A stretch of 64,000 bases of DNA from Oopsacas minuta (lineage: Eukaryota; Animalia; Porifera), in the NCBI GenBank assembly GCA_024704765.1, contig JAKMXF010000001.1, forward strand, positions 29,493 through 93,492, in the 5' to 3' direction. Shown here piece after piece: positions 11,792-23,336 of the stretch. The notes beneath the pieces were generated by a model that was given only the letters and a program-made list of their open reading frames with translations, searched no databases and was not told the origin of the DNA. Within the stretch, counting starts at the first letter, position 1, and every line of letters begins with the position of its first letter. The translations under genes were made by a program, and so were the position numbers.

Positions 11792-14700
11792 ATGGGACAG
11801 CAAATATTTCTCCTAACTGGACTTCTTTTGCTACAATTATTATTCTACAGAAACACAAACGGATTAGAACAATCAGGTGAGAGTTTAAAATCCAATTTTA
11901 TTTATACGCGTATAAGACATAAATAATAATATTACATAAATTTGTAATTAAATATAGTAATTTCTTTACAGATATCCATATTTGCAATATATAATTTGAA
12001 GAGGTCCAATGTGCCTATTTCTTATAGTTAGAAAGTGGATAAGGTAGTATCATAAGTGTAGGATTCTATTCAGCATGAGGCAGATAGTATCTGTACATCT
12101 GCATATTGCCATAATAGAATCAAATGACATCCATAAACTTATCTCAGAACCTGCAAACACCACACTTGTCTGAATGTCAGAGCTTTCTCATTTGCTGTTT
12201 GGCATTTTCATTTCCTAATTTAGATTGACGTGTTAAGTTGAGAAATCGATCAACAAATAGAGAAATTCACCATGTAGCCAGTCTATTGTTCGCCCCCGGT
12301 ATCCTTAAGTTGATCATAGATAAACATTTTCTAGACAGAATACATTTACAGGAGAATATACTTTATAAGAAAGTATAATTAACAATCCAAAACCAAATTG
12401 AGCTATCAAGTACTGTATTCTACAAATAATAAATGCAAGTTAGTTTATTCAATACAAATATTCTCTTCAGAATTAACTATTGAGTACGTATTAATGCGAA
12501 AATGTAAAATTCAGATTTCTTTCGTATTAAGAACTAGGTAATTAGGGATCTATGCTTGAGTATAATATTCATGGACAGGGTCGAAACAAAATATTCAACC
12601 ATATGTGTTTGGTACATATTTTAAGTTCAAATTGCCAAAATGCTATCTATGTTGAACCTGAATTCACATACTACGAGTGACAACACGCCAAACTTCAAGA
12701 ATGTCATTTGATTATTAGGGAGCAGATTACGAATAACTAATAAAATACAGTATTCAGGTGGAAAGGATAAATTCATATTGAGTTCTATTTTGAAAACAAA
12801 GCCAAACATTGTTTGTCATTGAGACCAACAACTTAAATCTGATAATAAAGATATGCCATGTGATTACTGGATACGATAAACAACACTTGTACACTGGTGT
12901 GGTAATTACTGTACATACTACATAGGTTTTGTGGAAAATTGAACTTAATGAAAAGCTTAAATGGAGTTAGGACGTGTATGTACAATTTTAATTACGCTTA
13001 AGCAATCAATATTAAAGTGGTATTTGACATGTTTAGTTTAATCTTGATTCTACATAGAAGATATAAATAAGTGAATTTATCGAATAAATATAAGTATAAA
13101 TCTATAGAATTTCATCAGTTCGAGAATACTTTACGAGAAGTTCGTAATTCTTCTCAACTAACTGAACCGCTTCTTCTACAGTATCAAAGTATTCAACATA
13201 TTTCAGCTGGCGTCGATCGGAAGAACCCTTCATTAGCTCCCAAGAGGTCTCTAGCACAACCTGCCAAGGATCCCTACACGCGATTATAGCTCTAGGAAAT
13301 CCTGGGACAGAATATAGAGCATCTACTGTTGTCATCCCCAATCCTACTAAGAGCTCTGCGAGAGTACCCACTCCACCTGGCATTGCTATTAAGATGGATG
13401 AATCCTCCACCAATTTATCCGTCCTTTGGTTGAGACCATGAGTTACATACCTCTTTGACATACTCTTGTTTCCTTTAATATTTCGGAAGAATAGAGTTGG
13501 TGATAGTATTCCTTCTGACATGTACTCGCCACTGCATTTCTTTTCTCCTATAATTGCGCCAGAATTAGCAGCTTCCATTATCCCAACATAGGCTCCTGTA
13601 ATCACTTTAAATCCCTTAGAAGCAATTGACAATGCTATCTCGTGAGCTATCTTATAAGCATGTACATCCGGTTTGGTGTCTCTACCCCCGAATATAGCTA
13701 CTCGTTTAGGAGGAGTCCTTACAGCATATCTCATGTCTGTTAGACGTAGTATATCCAGAAAGCGACTCTCCTCATATACACTGAGAGATCCTATCTTGTA
13801 AGCATTGTGTATGAGCTGACTAGCTTCATTGAGATTTATAGATAATGTTCTCATAATGTCTGAGAGAGGTTCTGTGTCAATAGATTCTCTACTCAAGCAG
13901 AAACAGATCCCTCTTCCAAAGAGCAAATGTAATATATTACTAACTACTTCTAACTCATTCTGTTTGACTGATAATGTGAGTTTGTAATGAGATGGAAGTT
14001 CATTGAAAATGTCTTCCAATTCCGCCTGACTAACTGTAGATAAATCTTGTAATAAGATTCTGTTAGTTGGGAGAATAGGAAAATCATTTGTAGACAGTTT
14101 TACCAACTGTTCAGCTCTAATCACTATACATGATATTTGAGCACCACTTCCTTGTAACTCCTCAATAATTTCATTGGAATGTTGTATAGTTTCAAAATCT
14201 ACACAAAACCCTGCGAATAGGTCACGCCAGAGCTTAGAGATAGATAAGTTTAATTTCAAATTGAGTGAATTTGGGTATTTACAAACGAATCTACATCCTG
14301 TAGTGAGTGAGCTCATTTTCTGAGAACATATTTGACGTATTTTGCTAAACGTTCTATCCAACTCCCCTTCTGACGTCAGGAGACTAAGATCTTTGAGTAG
14401 GAATTCAGTATACAATAGTTTGTGATAAAGGACATTCCTTTAGGTATTCTTGTAACCAAGTTGAGAATGCTTTGTCACTCTGGACGAATGCGGGTGAGAT
14501 GTATAACTCTAATTTTGGAGCAGTCCACAGATAGAAGTTTACTCTATCTTCTATTTTAATGGGTTTGATAGCCATTTGTTGAATACGAAACTTGGTTAAT
14601 TTCGTAGAGCTAATGTATGATTGTTAGTTACAAACTTACAATACGCAAAATACATGTAGCTGAAGTTGTGCTGTAATTCGTATTAGAACTATACAATGCT

Positions 14701-17700
14701 GTCAGCGAGTGGGATGTAGTGGTGTGTTAGGTTAATTTACAACATTCTAGACATAATGATGGTGTTACAGATAGTAAATAATGGTCTAAACAGCAATTAT
14801 GAATAATTTATGATCACCTTTCTGGGTGAAGAAAAGCTAATTTCTATTTATTTCAAGTCCTTATGATGGAATTATGGGTCAGTTAATTATTCATTAAATA
14901 TTTTGAGGTGAAATGCAACATCCCTATGCAATATATCAATGTTTTATTCTCTTGCTCAATTACATGTTACAATTTCAAATCGCCATTTCACAGCCAATAA
15001 TTGCACCATTTCAGATAGGTTACAATGATGGATAAGAAACGAACGTTATCTCAGCTGTTACACTAGAAACGTTTTTACCAAATAGCTTAATTAGTTCATA
15101 TTAATATGAGTGTTAAGAATTTATTAAAATATGAGATTAGCTTACAGTGATTAAGTGTTAATTAAGTTGAGTTGGGTATTAATAAGAATAATTATACAAC
15201 AATTATAGTATGAGTATATTCATTTTTAGATCCACAAATTACTTTATATTATTCTGATACGAGACACACTTACAGAGGACAGTCTGCCGCAAACTATCTG
15301 GAAATTCCAGTAGCTACAATAACCATCCGTCTCACTTGTGAGGGATCTGGTGTGAGATGGGTTACCCCTAGCTCTGAATCTGGTAACATCAATGATAACC
15401 AATGGGGAACACTCACCATCAATTTGCTAACAGTAGGAGAAACTGGACTGTACAAATGTTACGGAGCTGAAGGAACATCTTCAGTGTACATCCAAGCAAT
15501 GGGTATGTATTGGTAGATATTAATTGTATGAATAAATATTAGTAAATTATTGCATAAATGATTTAGGTCTGGGAATGTATACTATACGAAGTGATAGAAA
15601 TACTCCAGAGAGACTTTATCCTGGAAGAAACTACTTCATTGAAGATACACAAGATGTTAATTACGAATTTTTCTGTCTTATGAGCAACCCTTATTCCTCA
15701 AATGTGCCAAGTTGGACTTATCCTAAATACGTAATAGGAACAGTTCATGAAGATAGTTACGTCATAGAATCTGATGTAATACAAGCAATAACATCACTCA
15801 GGGTTATAGAGGATAATTGGAATATTCTACTAAGCGGGAGGTATACCTGTGTGGGAGAGGATATAGATGGAGTAGTCATGAATGTTAGCATCAATATATG
15901 GAGTCACGGTAAGAGTAAAGTACTACGTATGTATATTGCAATATGTAATACAGATAGATGTTTTAGACTTTGGAATTGTGTATATTATTTTGGGCTAGGT
16001 ATTTAAAATTGGTACAAAAGTCTTGAAATGTAATTTGATAAAATGTACTAGTATTATCTAAATATTATCTGTATAGCTACTCCAATCCAAAGAACAGCAA
16101 TAACATCTGCACCCATTACACTCACATATCCTGACAATGATATAACAGATAAGATGGTAGCAGACACTACAACAGTTGCTAGCACACAAACAGAGACTAA
16201 ACAACCAACTTCTACTCCAACTAACACTGAGATAGTTATAGAAGAAATAACTTCAACTACAACTGATTATGGTAAGGATGAATTGATAATTTTATAGAAA
16301 TTAATCCTATATTAGATGCAGTGAAATATAAGAGTAATTACTTCTTGTATAGGCTATAGAAATTAATATGTATATCGATGTGTTGAATTAATTTCAACTT
16401 GAATCAGACAAAACAAGACTTATGGTTATATTGCACTAGCACCTACACTAATGCGCACACAAAAGTTAAAAATGTGAACTATCATTGTTATAGCTCGAAT
16501 AGCAAGTCATAACATGGCTGGTATAATCTATATTATTAAATCTCAAAATGTTGTTTGTCTGTTTGTTTGTCCGTTGTCAAGGAAAGGATTTACGGTATGC
16601 AATTTTGAAATTGTCGCATAACTATGTATTATCGTGCTTATCAAGGAAGTGAATAGAGTTTAATAAAACTTCACTAAATATATCCAACATGCTGAATCCG
16701 ATTTTCACACTTTTGGATTATCTTGGGAAATCGATCAACAAACAAAGAAATTCCCCATGTAGCCTGTGTATTGTTCGTGCTCGGTATCCTTAATCATATG
16801 TAAATTTATTGTTGTTTTATGAATATAAAGTAAAAAATTAGCAAATCTCCAAATTTACTTAGACATTTGCTCTCAAAGGGTACAAAGGAGATTTATCTTA
16901 CAAAATAATTTAATAATACATATGCCATATACGTATATTTGTGGATTACATTGTTCTAAATATATCTATATTATAAAACTCGTAGGCCGTCAATTGGAGG
17001 ATAATGGATACCTCGAGGCGGAATGTGCCGACTTCATCGCGAAGCAACGAGCCAAAGGCTCGTTAATGTATGAAATAATAACTAGCAATAATTATAGTAT
17101 GACATAATCTAAGAAGGGCAAATATGATTGAATTGTACAATACTTGTAATATAACTTGGCATAACAGTAGTTATATAAAATTAATAATAAGGAAAAATGA
17201 TGGATAAAGTGAAAGAGATTCTGAATCTATATAATAAAAGTATCTTCTTCCCTGAGAATTTTTGGTAAGGTCCGTAGTTTTTAGACAGAGAATCTTCGAG
17301 ATTAAGATTTCAGAGACCCGTGACAGTTTGAGATAATGAAATATTTGTGAGCATACATCTAATAATGATGTATCGTATTTAGTCATCCAGCAGGTGCAAT
17401 ATGTGTAAACGAATCGTTATTTTATGGATATAATTACCATATATGACTTTGGGAAGATAGAGATGCTATGAATAATACATTACATAAACTTATTGTATAT
17501 AATCTAAATGTGTACTGTAATCATAGCCCACTTTATAGTCTCTAGTATTTGAATTTATTTCAATTTTTAGAAATCACCACTAGTCAACCTGGCAACTTTC
17601 AGAAAGAAGATATTATGAGTAAGCTAGTAGCTAGCATATAGAAACTAATATACTCTATTACTGTATATATTTCCATTATATTATTAATAATACATTTTTA

Positions 17701-18036
17701 GTTAAAGCTGGCTTTGCACTAGCCCTGCTAGTAGCCGTACTTGGCTGGGTATTCTCTATGACGATTGTATGCTGTCTGTGGTGCTATATCAAGAAGAGAA
17801 GAGGATTGAAACGAGTTTCCTATAAAACTAGTGACAAATCTCTATCTTATGAAGAGGCTAATGGGAATTCAATTGAGAACCACTTAAATCCTCCAAGCAA
17901 AAAATTCTCATTTAACGGGTACTATCCGTGTACAATCAGAAATTTTGAGAAGGAACCTAGTCCCATAGGAAGCAACAGATTCTTACGTACCTCTACTCCT
18001 ACTTATAGAGTCCAATCTCAGGAAATGTTGATTTAA
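11792..18036 (+). CDS. Type I membrane Ig-superfamily receptor (signal peptide, 2 Ig domains, Thr-rich stalk, TM, cytoplasmic tail), multi-exon
   Basis: Manually assembled exons with phase-1 GT-AG junctions: 11792-11876 (MGQQIFLLTGLLLLQLLF...), 15229-15502 (RLTCEG...VRW...GLYKC), 15567-15908 (FFCL...SW...GRYTC), 16077-16271 (Thr-rich), 17571-17618, 17702-18036 (AGFALALLVAVLGWVFSMTIVCCLWCYI-KKRR). Possible 18-nt microexon at 16316-16333. Confidence 0.75.
12242..12308 (+). repeat. 67-bp dispersed repeat, copy A
   Basis: About 8 mismatches versus 16727-16793. Confidence 0.85.
13102..14575 (-). CDS. Degenerate adenosine-deaminase-like barrel fused to a LOG-family (SLOG) nucleotide phosphoribohydrolase; frame break at ~14405-14410
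   Basis: C-terminal domain RVAIFGG...VITGAYVGIMEAANSGA...QRT...IAMPGGVGTLAEL is LOG. An upstream 56-aa ORF (ATG 14575 to TGA 14405) overlaps the long ORF in another frame. The N-terminal part resembles the ADA strand/helix order (by-eye alignment). Confidence 0.75.
16727..16793 (+). repeat. 67-bp dispersed repeat, copy B
   Basis: Matches 12242-12308 (GAAATCGATCAACAAA...CGGTATCCTTAA). Confidence 0.85.
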
Positions 18037-18595
18037 TTAATCACACAAACTTCAAAACACATCTCTTACCATTCTTCAATAGAGAAAATTCCCGGTTATT
18101 ATTCTTATTGTATAATAATCGGTCAATTCAATGGAAGTGACTGGACTATTGTATTTGTAATAAATAGAATTTATGATTTTAATAAAAGATAATAATTGAG
18201 TTAGTCTATCTCTGGGCTTATTAGGGGTTTAATTAGTTTGCTATATAGAAAATTGTAAGGGTAATGGATTTGCATGATTAGATACTAGCAAAACAACAAT
18301 AGAAGAATCTATCTTTACTAAAATATTTTCGGAAAATTGTTTACACGGTATGCTCTAATTATTATGTTCCGTCGGGGCGTCTTATAGGATAGGAAAACCC
18401 CCTCTACCCGCTAGGGGTGCTTAACCTAGAACAGCGCCTGAATTAGAACGAATACGTCAATAGGATATACGCCCATAATACTTAGATGAAAGAGAAATCT
18501 AGGTTATTGGTATCATACCGATTACTATGTTCGGATAATATTCTAAACGAAAATAGAAATTTACTTTATTACTTCAATCAAATATTTCTGCTAAC

Positions 18596-19639
18596 ATGGA
18601 AACAGAAAATCTAATAAGCAATGGATTGCTAGAGCGATGTAGAGAGTATATGGGAGATTATTGGACTCTGAACAAACCCAATATATCTGTATCAGTTGTT
18701 ACAGGTGGATTAACAAATTCACTATTTCTACTCAAAATAGAATCTAATGATATAGGAAACATTCCAAACAGCCCAATATGTTGCTTGCTGAGAGTATTTG
18801 CTAATATCTGGTCACAAGAACAGGTAGCTACAAATAATGTCATAAGCACTGTCCTAGCGGAGAGAGGGTTCGGTCCAAAGATATATGGAGTCCTCCCAGG
18901 CATGGAAGGAAGATTAGAAGAGTTCTACTTTTGTCGACAACTCCATACATCTGAAATGATACCTAATTTTGATACTATTGCAGAGATTACTGGAAAGTTC
19001 AACAGACAAACATTACCTCTGCCTAAGAATGGAAATTTCCTCACTAACTCAATGCAGGGATTTCTTGAGAAGATTAATTGTACTCCAATCAAGATAGAAG
19101 CGAATAAACACAATATAGAGCAATTAAGGAATGAAGTGAATTGGAAGGAGGAAATACAGTGGATGGGTGAGTACTTACGTTCAATTGGTTCTCCTCTCCT
19201 CTTATGTCATAATGACATCAATGAGAGTAATTTACTTCTGCTAACTGACGGACAACTGAAGCTAATTGATTTTGAATTTGTGAGCTATAATTACAGGGGA
19301 TTTGAATTAGCTCAGCTCTTTTACGAATGTTCTATAACCATGACATACCCTGACTACCCATATTTTAAACACTCCCCCGGTGATTATCCAAGTTACGAAG
19401 CGAGGAGGGAATTTGTGGCCAAATACTTAGCAGTATACCAGCCAGGTAATATTCCCTGTGAAGAAGAGATACACTCAGTAGTTCTAGAAGTTGAGAAGAT
19501 GAAGATAGCAGTGGATTTATATTGGGTTCTATGGGCTATTGCAATGGCATTCACTGACGATAGATTCGGATATCCTGAGTATGCTCAGTTGAGGATTGAT
19601 CTATATCGCTTGGAGAAAGCTAAGCTACCAATAACCTGA
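18596..19639 (+). CDS. Choline/ethanolamine kinase (copy 1)
   Basis: TGGLTN ATP loop, Brenner motif CHNDINESN, choline-kinase motif LIDFEFVSYNYRGFELAQLF. Confidence 0.92.
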   Translation: METENLISNGLLERCREYMGDYWTLNKPNISVSVVTGGLTNSLFLLKIESNDIGNIPNSPICCLLRVFANIWSQEQVATNNVISTVLAERGFGPKIYGVLPGMEGRLEEFYFCRQLHTSEMIPNFDTIAEITGKFNRQTLPLPKNGNFLTNSMQGFLEKINCTPIKIEANKHNIEQLRNEVNWKEEIQWMGEYLRSIGSPLLLCHNDINESNLLLLTDGQLKLIDFEFVSYNYRGFELAQLFYECSITMTYPDYPYFKHSPGDYPSYEARREFVAKYLAVYQPGNIPCEEEIHSVVLEVEKMKIAVDLYWVLWAIAMAFTDDRFGYPEYAQLRIDLYRLEKAKLPIT

Positions 19640-20403
19640 TGAGTAATTTAGCATCAATTTGATTACAGGATATTATGGACAATTGTCTCTAAATATGAGC
19701 ATGATTATTCACCTGAATCTCATTTAGGATGGACTATAGCATTTATGTATCATAATTTAAGTCTACATAGTATTAGGAGAGGGCGGTACAGACCAATCGT
19801 ATATACTTATTAGGATATAATGTTACCTCGTGCATAGTGCATAGCTCCAGTGATTCGTGCTATCATTATAAGGTCATTCAGTTAGGTGGTCGGTCATTAA
19901 CATGACACGAGTAAGAAATAGACAAATAGAAAAGCTAGATAAACTACTCTTTAATTGTGAAACAATTGAAATCAGCAGTACATATAAAAGTGCTAGTAAT
20001 CAGTTAACTATCAATGTGTCCCTCATATCAGTAGAGTATACACATCTCAAGTACTGGTTGATATATGCATTAAAGATCTAGAAATCTAGATTAGTGTAAA
20101 AGCCAGTACGAGTAATGCATTGATTGGTAGTGACACATTGATAGTTATGTGATAATTAGCACTTCTATACTGTTAGATTCAAGTGATTCATTATTAAGGA
20201 CTAAATATCAATTAATGAGACAATATGTTGTGTCATGTCTACCTACAATAGTAGATCTGTATTAATTGGAGCACATTGACACTCCTGGTAGGATTCTCAG
20301 CACCATATCTAACTTGTTGTATGACATATAACATTTTACCAGATGTAGCTCAGCTGGTATAGGATAACTAGACTTTATGGCAACATTAGTATATACTCTA
20401 TAC

Positions 20404-20480
20404 CAGGGGTGTTCCAACTTTTAAATGTACGAGCCACTTGAATAAATAATTAGGCTCCGCCTTACGGGCCACAAATCATA
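20404..20480 (+). mobile_element. hAT-like solo left terminus
   Basis: CAGGGGTGTTCCAACTTTT is a Charlie-type TIR; no partner end was found. Confidence 0.4.
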
Positions 20481-20787
20481 GATCGCTTCTGGCTTTAGTT
20501 TAATCAATTTCCAAGCTATACTATTTGACTTGATATTGTATTAACAATGGATTCTACTTGTAAATTCAGGTTATTGACTTAAATTATATTCTTTTAAAAT
20601 TTAAATGGATTCGAATCATTTGATGTCTCTTTGTGACTCAGCTTGTTTCTAGCAAGTGGACAATAGAACTGTTGTATGAGGATTCAACTACTTCTATTAT
20701 AACAACCATGGATACTTCACAACCATGAGGGTTTAACTAACTTCTATTTATTGCTTAAGCTAACCTGAAGCACTAAGGCCTAAGCTG

Positions 20788-20825
20788 TCGCGCAGCGACC
20801 TAGCAAGCGAAGCGCGATAGTTAGT
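20788..20825 (+). mobile_element. Helitron-like 3' terminal hairpin (copy 2)
   Basis: TCGCGC-18nt-GCGCGA stem followed by TAGTTAGT. Confidence 0.45.
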
Positions 20826-21024
20826 AATTACATGTATAAACTCACTCTTTCACACCCACTAGATTTAAGATTATCAGGAATAATGTTTTTGTATGTTCTA
20901 TAATATTTGGCACACACCTAACTGCCATAATTTGATTTATTTTTGTAAATAATGCAAATTATTCATTCCCGCTACCTCAATACCATCAGTAACACAATAA
21001 TTATAGCACAGTTAACATTGCTTA

Positions 21025-21768
21025 TCATTTAACAGGTTGTAAATCGAAGAACAAGCTAGGGAAGTAGTATCTTGTTTGAGGAGCTTGTTGGTCTACCCAT
21101 ACCATCCCCTCCTTAATCAGATGCTCCATAACGTGGCTAGCTCTCTCTGTAGTCCAGTTAAGGGGCGGGGCAGTAAGAGTACTAATGGTCGTGTAGCCTG
21201 TAGCCTCAGCTTGCTGCATAGTGGTAGTATGATCCATGTTAAGCTCACCAGGAACTGATTGCACTAGTTTCTTACCACCTAGAGGAATTATCTTAAACCC
21301 ATTCCCTAGAATTGATAACTTCTTAATTGCTCTTGTTAAATCGTCTAAACTGACATCTTGCTGCTGAGTCTTGCTCCTGGAGGCAATCACTCGCTTCCTC
21401 AGATCTTCAAGTGTTATCAAACCTCCGTTTAAGTCCCTGGTAGCTAAACATATCTCTATTATCTGTATCCCTACCTCGAAATAGAAGTCCCCCACTCCTA
21501 GAAGCGAGGCCCAGAAACCCTTACTAGAGGCCAGAGGATCAACACCGATACGAGCACACATTTGTTGAAACTGAGCTCTGAATTCTGGATTCTTTTTAAT
21601 CTCATTTTTGTGTTTTGCTGCAAAAGTTTCCAAATAAGATCGGAAGGACTCAATCTGAGTACTGACGTGTGACATCTCTACATCAGCTATCTCTGCTCCT
21701 TTCTCTCCATACTTTGCTTTCTCAAGCTTTTCTTTATTGATCGCTCCCAGTCCTCTTCTCCGAGCCAT
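21025..21768 (-). CDS. SNF8: ESCRT-II subunit VPS22/EAP30
   Basis: [51 protein letters not shown]...NGGLI...[11 protein letters not shown] is colinear with SNF8; single exon. Confidence 0.97.
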   Translation of the reverse strand: MARRRGLGAINKEKLEKAKYGEKGAEIADVEMSHVSTQIESFRSYLETFAAKHKNEIKKNPEFRAQFQQMCARIGVDPLASSKGFWASLLGVGDFYFEVGIQIIEICLATRDLNGGLITLEDLRKRVIASRSKTQQQDVSLDDLTRAIKKLSILGNGFKIIPLGGKKLVQSVPGELNMDHTTTMQQAEATGYTTISTLTAPPLNWTTERASHVMEHLIKEGMVWVDQQAPQTRYYFPSLFFDLQPVK

Positions 21769-22268
21769 TCTAACAAACTAGCTAATAATAATTTTATTAT
21801 ACAATCAAACCTGATAATAAGTGTAAGTGTGTAAGGGATTTTATATTCAGTTGGATACAGTTCGAGAGTTCCCCCGGGTACGAGCCCATGGAGCTGCTAA
21901 TTGTATACTGCATATAGAATATATGCAATATACAATAGGACTCATAAGAACTATGACATTATAGCTAATACCAACATCGTGAACATCAATCAACCTCGCA
22001 CGGATATCTTTTCTAATTGTTTGCCTTCAATATAACGGGAGTTAACTGTGGGGCCAACTGATGCCCTCTAAAGTGTCCAATATGATACAAAAACTATCAC
22101 AAGCTATGTATAACTATGTTATCATTGTCGTATTTTACATCATGTCCACTATGTATTACCCTACACTTTCACAATTCAGTGAATTTCAGTCAAATAGCTT
22201 TCAATAATTTCCACTATTCAGTCAGATTGTATAACATTAGCGAGTAAAATGCACAATTGCTGAAATAA

Positions 22269-23336
22269 TTAGCTCTCTAATAACTTAGCCTTTTCAGATT
22301 TATACATGGACAGTCTAGTTTGTGCAAATTCTAGATAACAAAACGTAGCACGAGGTGACTCTATCATAGACAGAGCCCAGATGTATGCCAACATATCTGT
22401 TAGTATTCTACAACTCTCTATCTCTTCTACTATGCTCTCTATCTCAGCAATTGAATGAGTGATATTAGGTTGTAGTGCATGTAGATACATTCTAACAAAC
22501 TTACATCTCATGTGGAAAGATGGATAAGCTGCTTCTGAGTAGGAGTAGTATGGAGGTTCTTTAACTGAGTAGTCAAATGCTGATTCCTTGAAAAGCTGAG
22601 CTATGTCAGCTCCTCTGTAATAGTAACTACTGAATTCAAAATCTATACACTTTATAGTTAACTCATCTCTGTCTGTGAGTAATAGGAGGTTAGCTTGACT
22701 GTAATCATTATGACAGAACACTATAGGATAGTTGAGTTGTTTAAGATGTTGTTCTAACCAGTCTAACTCTTCCTCCCATTTCTTCTCACTCAACATTCCA
22801 TTCAACATACTCTGTCTCTTGGAATCAGATAGACAAACTTCCTCAGTCTTCTTCAACCATCTTCTCATACATTTGAACACGAAGCTTGCATCCTTAGGTA
22901 CTGGCATATCCTGTAGATGCATCTCTGCTATAATTCTGGTAGTGTGTGTGAGAACATTCTCTTGATACAACTCTAGATTAGTTAGAGTTCTACACTGATA
23001 GAAATGTTCTAGTCTTCCTTGTGAGTGAGACAGGACTCCGTACAGCTTAGGAGCTAGTCCTCTCTCAGAGAGGATAGCGTAGACAATATTCTGAGTGATT
23101 ATCTCTTCTTGTGACCAGATGTCAGAGAATAGTCTCAGAATGACAGTATCAGGAGTAGTAGCACTGGTAGAGGGTGTATGTTTCAGTTTTAGAATATACA
23201 GTTTATTAGTTTGTCCTTCTGTAATGGATTCTATATGGATTGGTGCTAGAGGTAGTGAGTACCAGTCTCCTCCCAGTAGTCTCCTACACATGAGTACTGT
23301 AGTGTCAGGAACTGGGATATCTACAGAAGTTGCCAT
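22269..23336 (-). CDS. Choline/ethanolamine kinase (copy 2)
   Basis: CHNDYSQAN and CIDFEFSSYYYRG motifs; ATG at 23336. Confidence 0.9.
   Translation of the reverse strand: MATSVDIPVPDTTVLMCRRLLGGDWYSLPLAPIHIESITEGQTNKLYILKLKHTPSTSATTPDTVILRLFSDIWSQEEIITQNIVYAILSERGLAPKLYGVLSHSQGRLEHFYQCRTLTNLELYQENVLTHTTRIIAEMHLQDMPVPKDASFVFKCMRRWLKKTEEVCLSDSKRQSMLNGMLSEKKWEEELDWLEQHLKQLNYPIVFCHNDYSQANLLLLTDRDELTIKCIDFEFSSYYYRGADIAQLFKESAFDYSVKEPPYYSYSEAAYPSFHMRCKFVRMYLHALQPNITHSIAEIESIVEEIESCRILTDMLAYIWALSMIESPRATFCYLEFAQTRLSMYKSEKAKLLES

Noticed and set aside
13102-14575. Ornithine decarboxylase antizyme
   Set aside because: Short ORF1 plus a shift at UGA is antizyme-like, but ORF2 is 437 aa with a LOG domain and no antizyme similarity, and the codon before UGA is UAC rather than UCC.
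19760-19960. Hydrophobic minus-strand reading (RVVYLAFLFVYFLLVSC*) as a possible signal-peptide exon
   Set aside because: No ATG or consistent splice partners were found; too weak to call.
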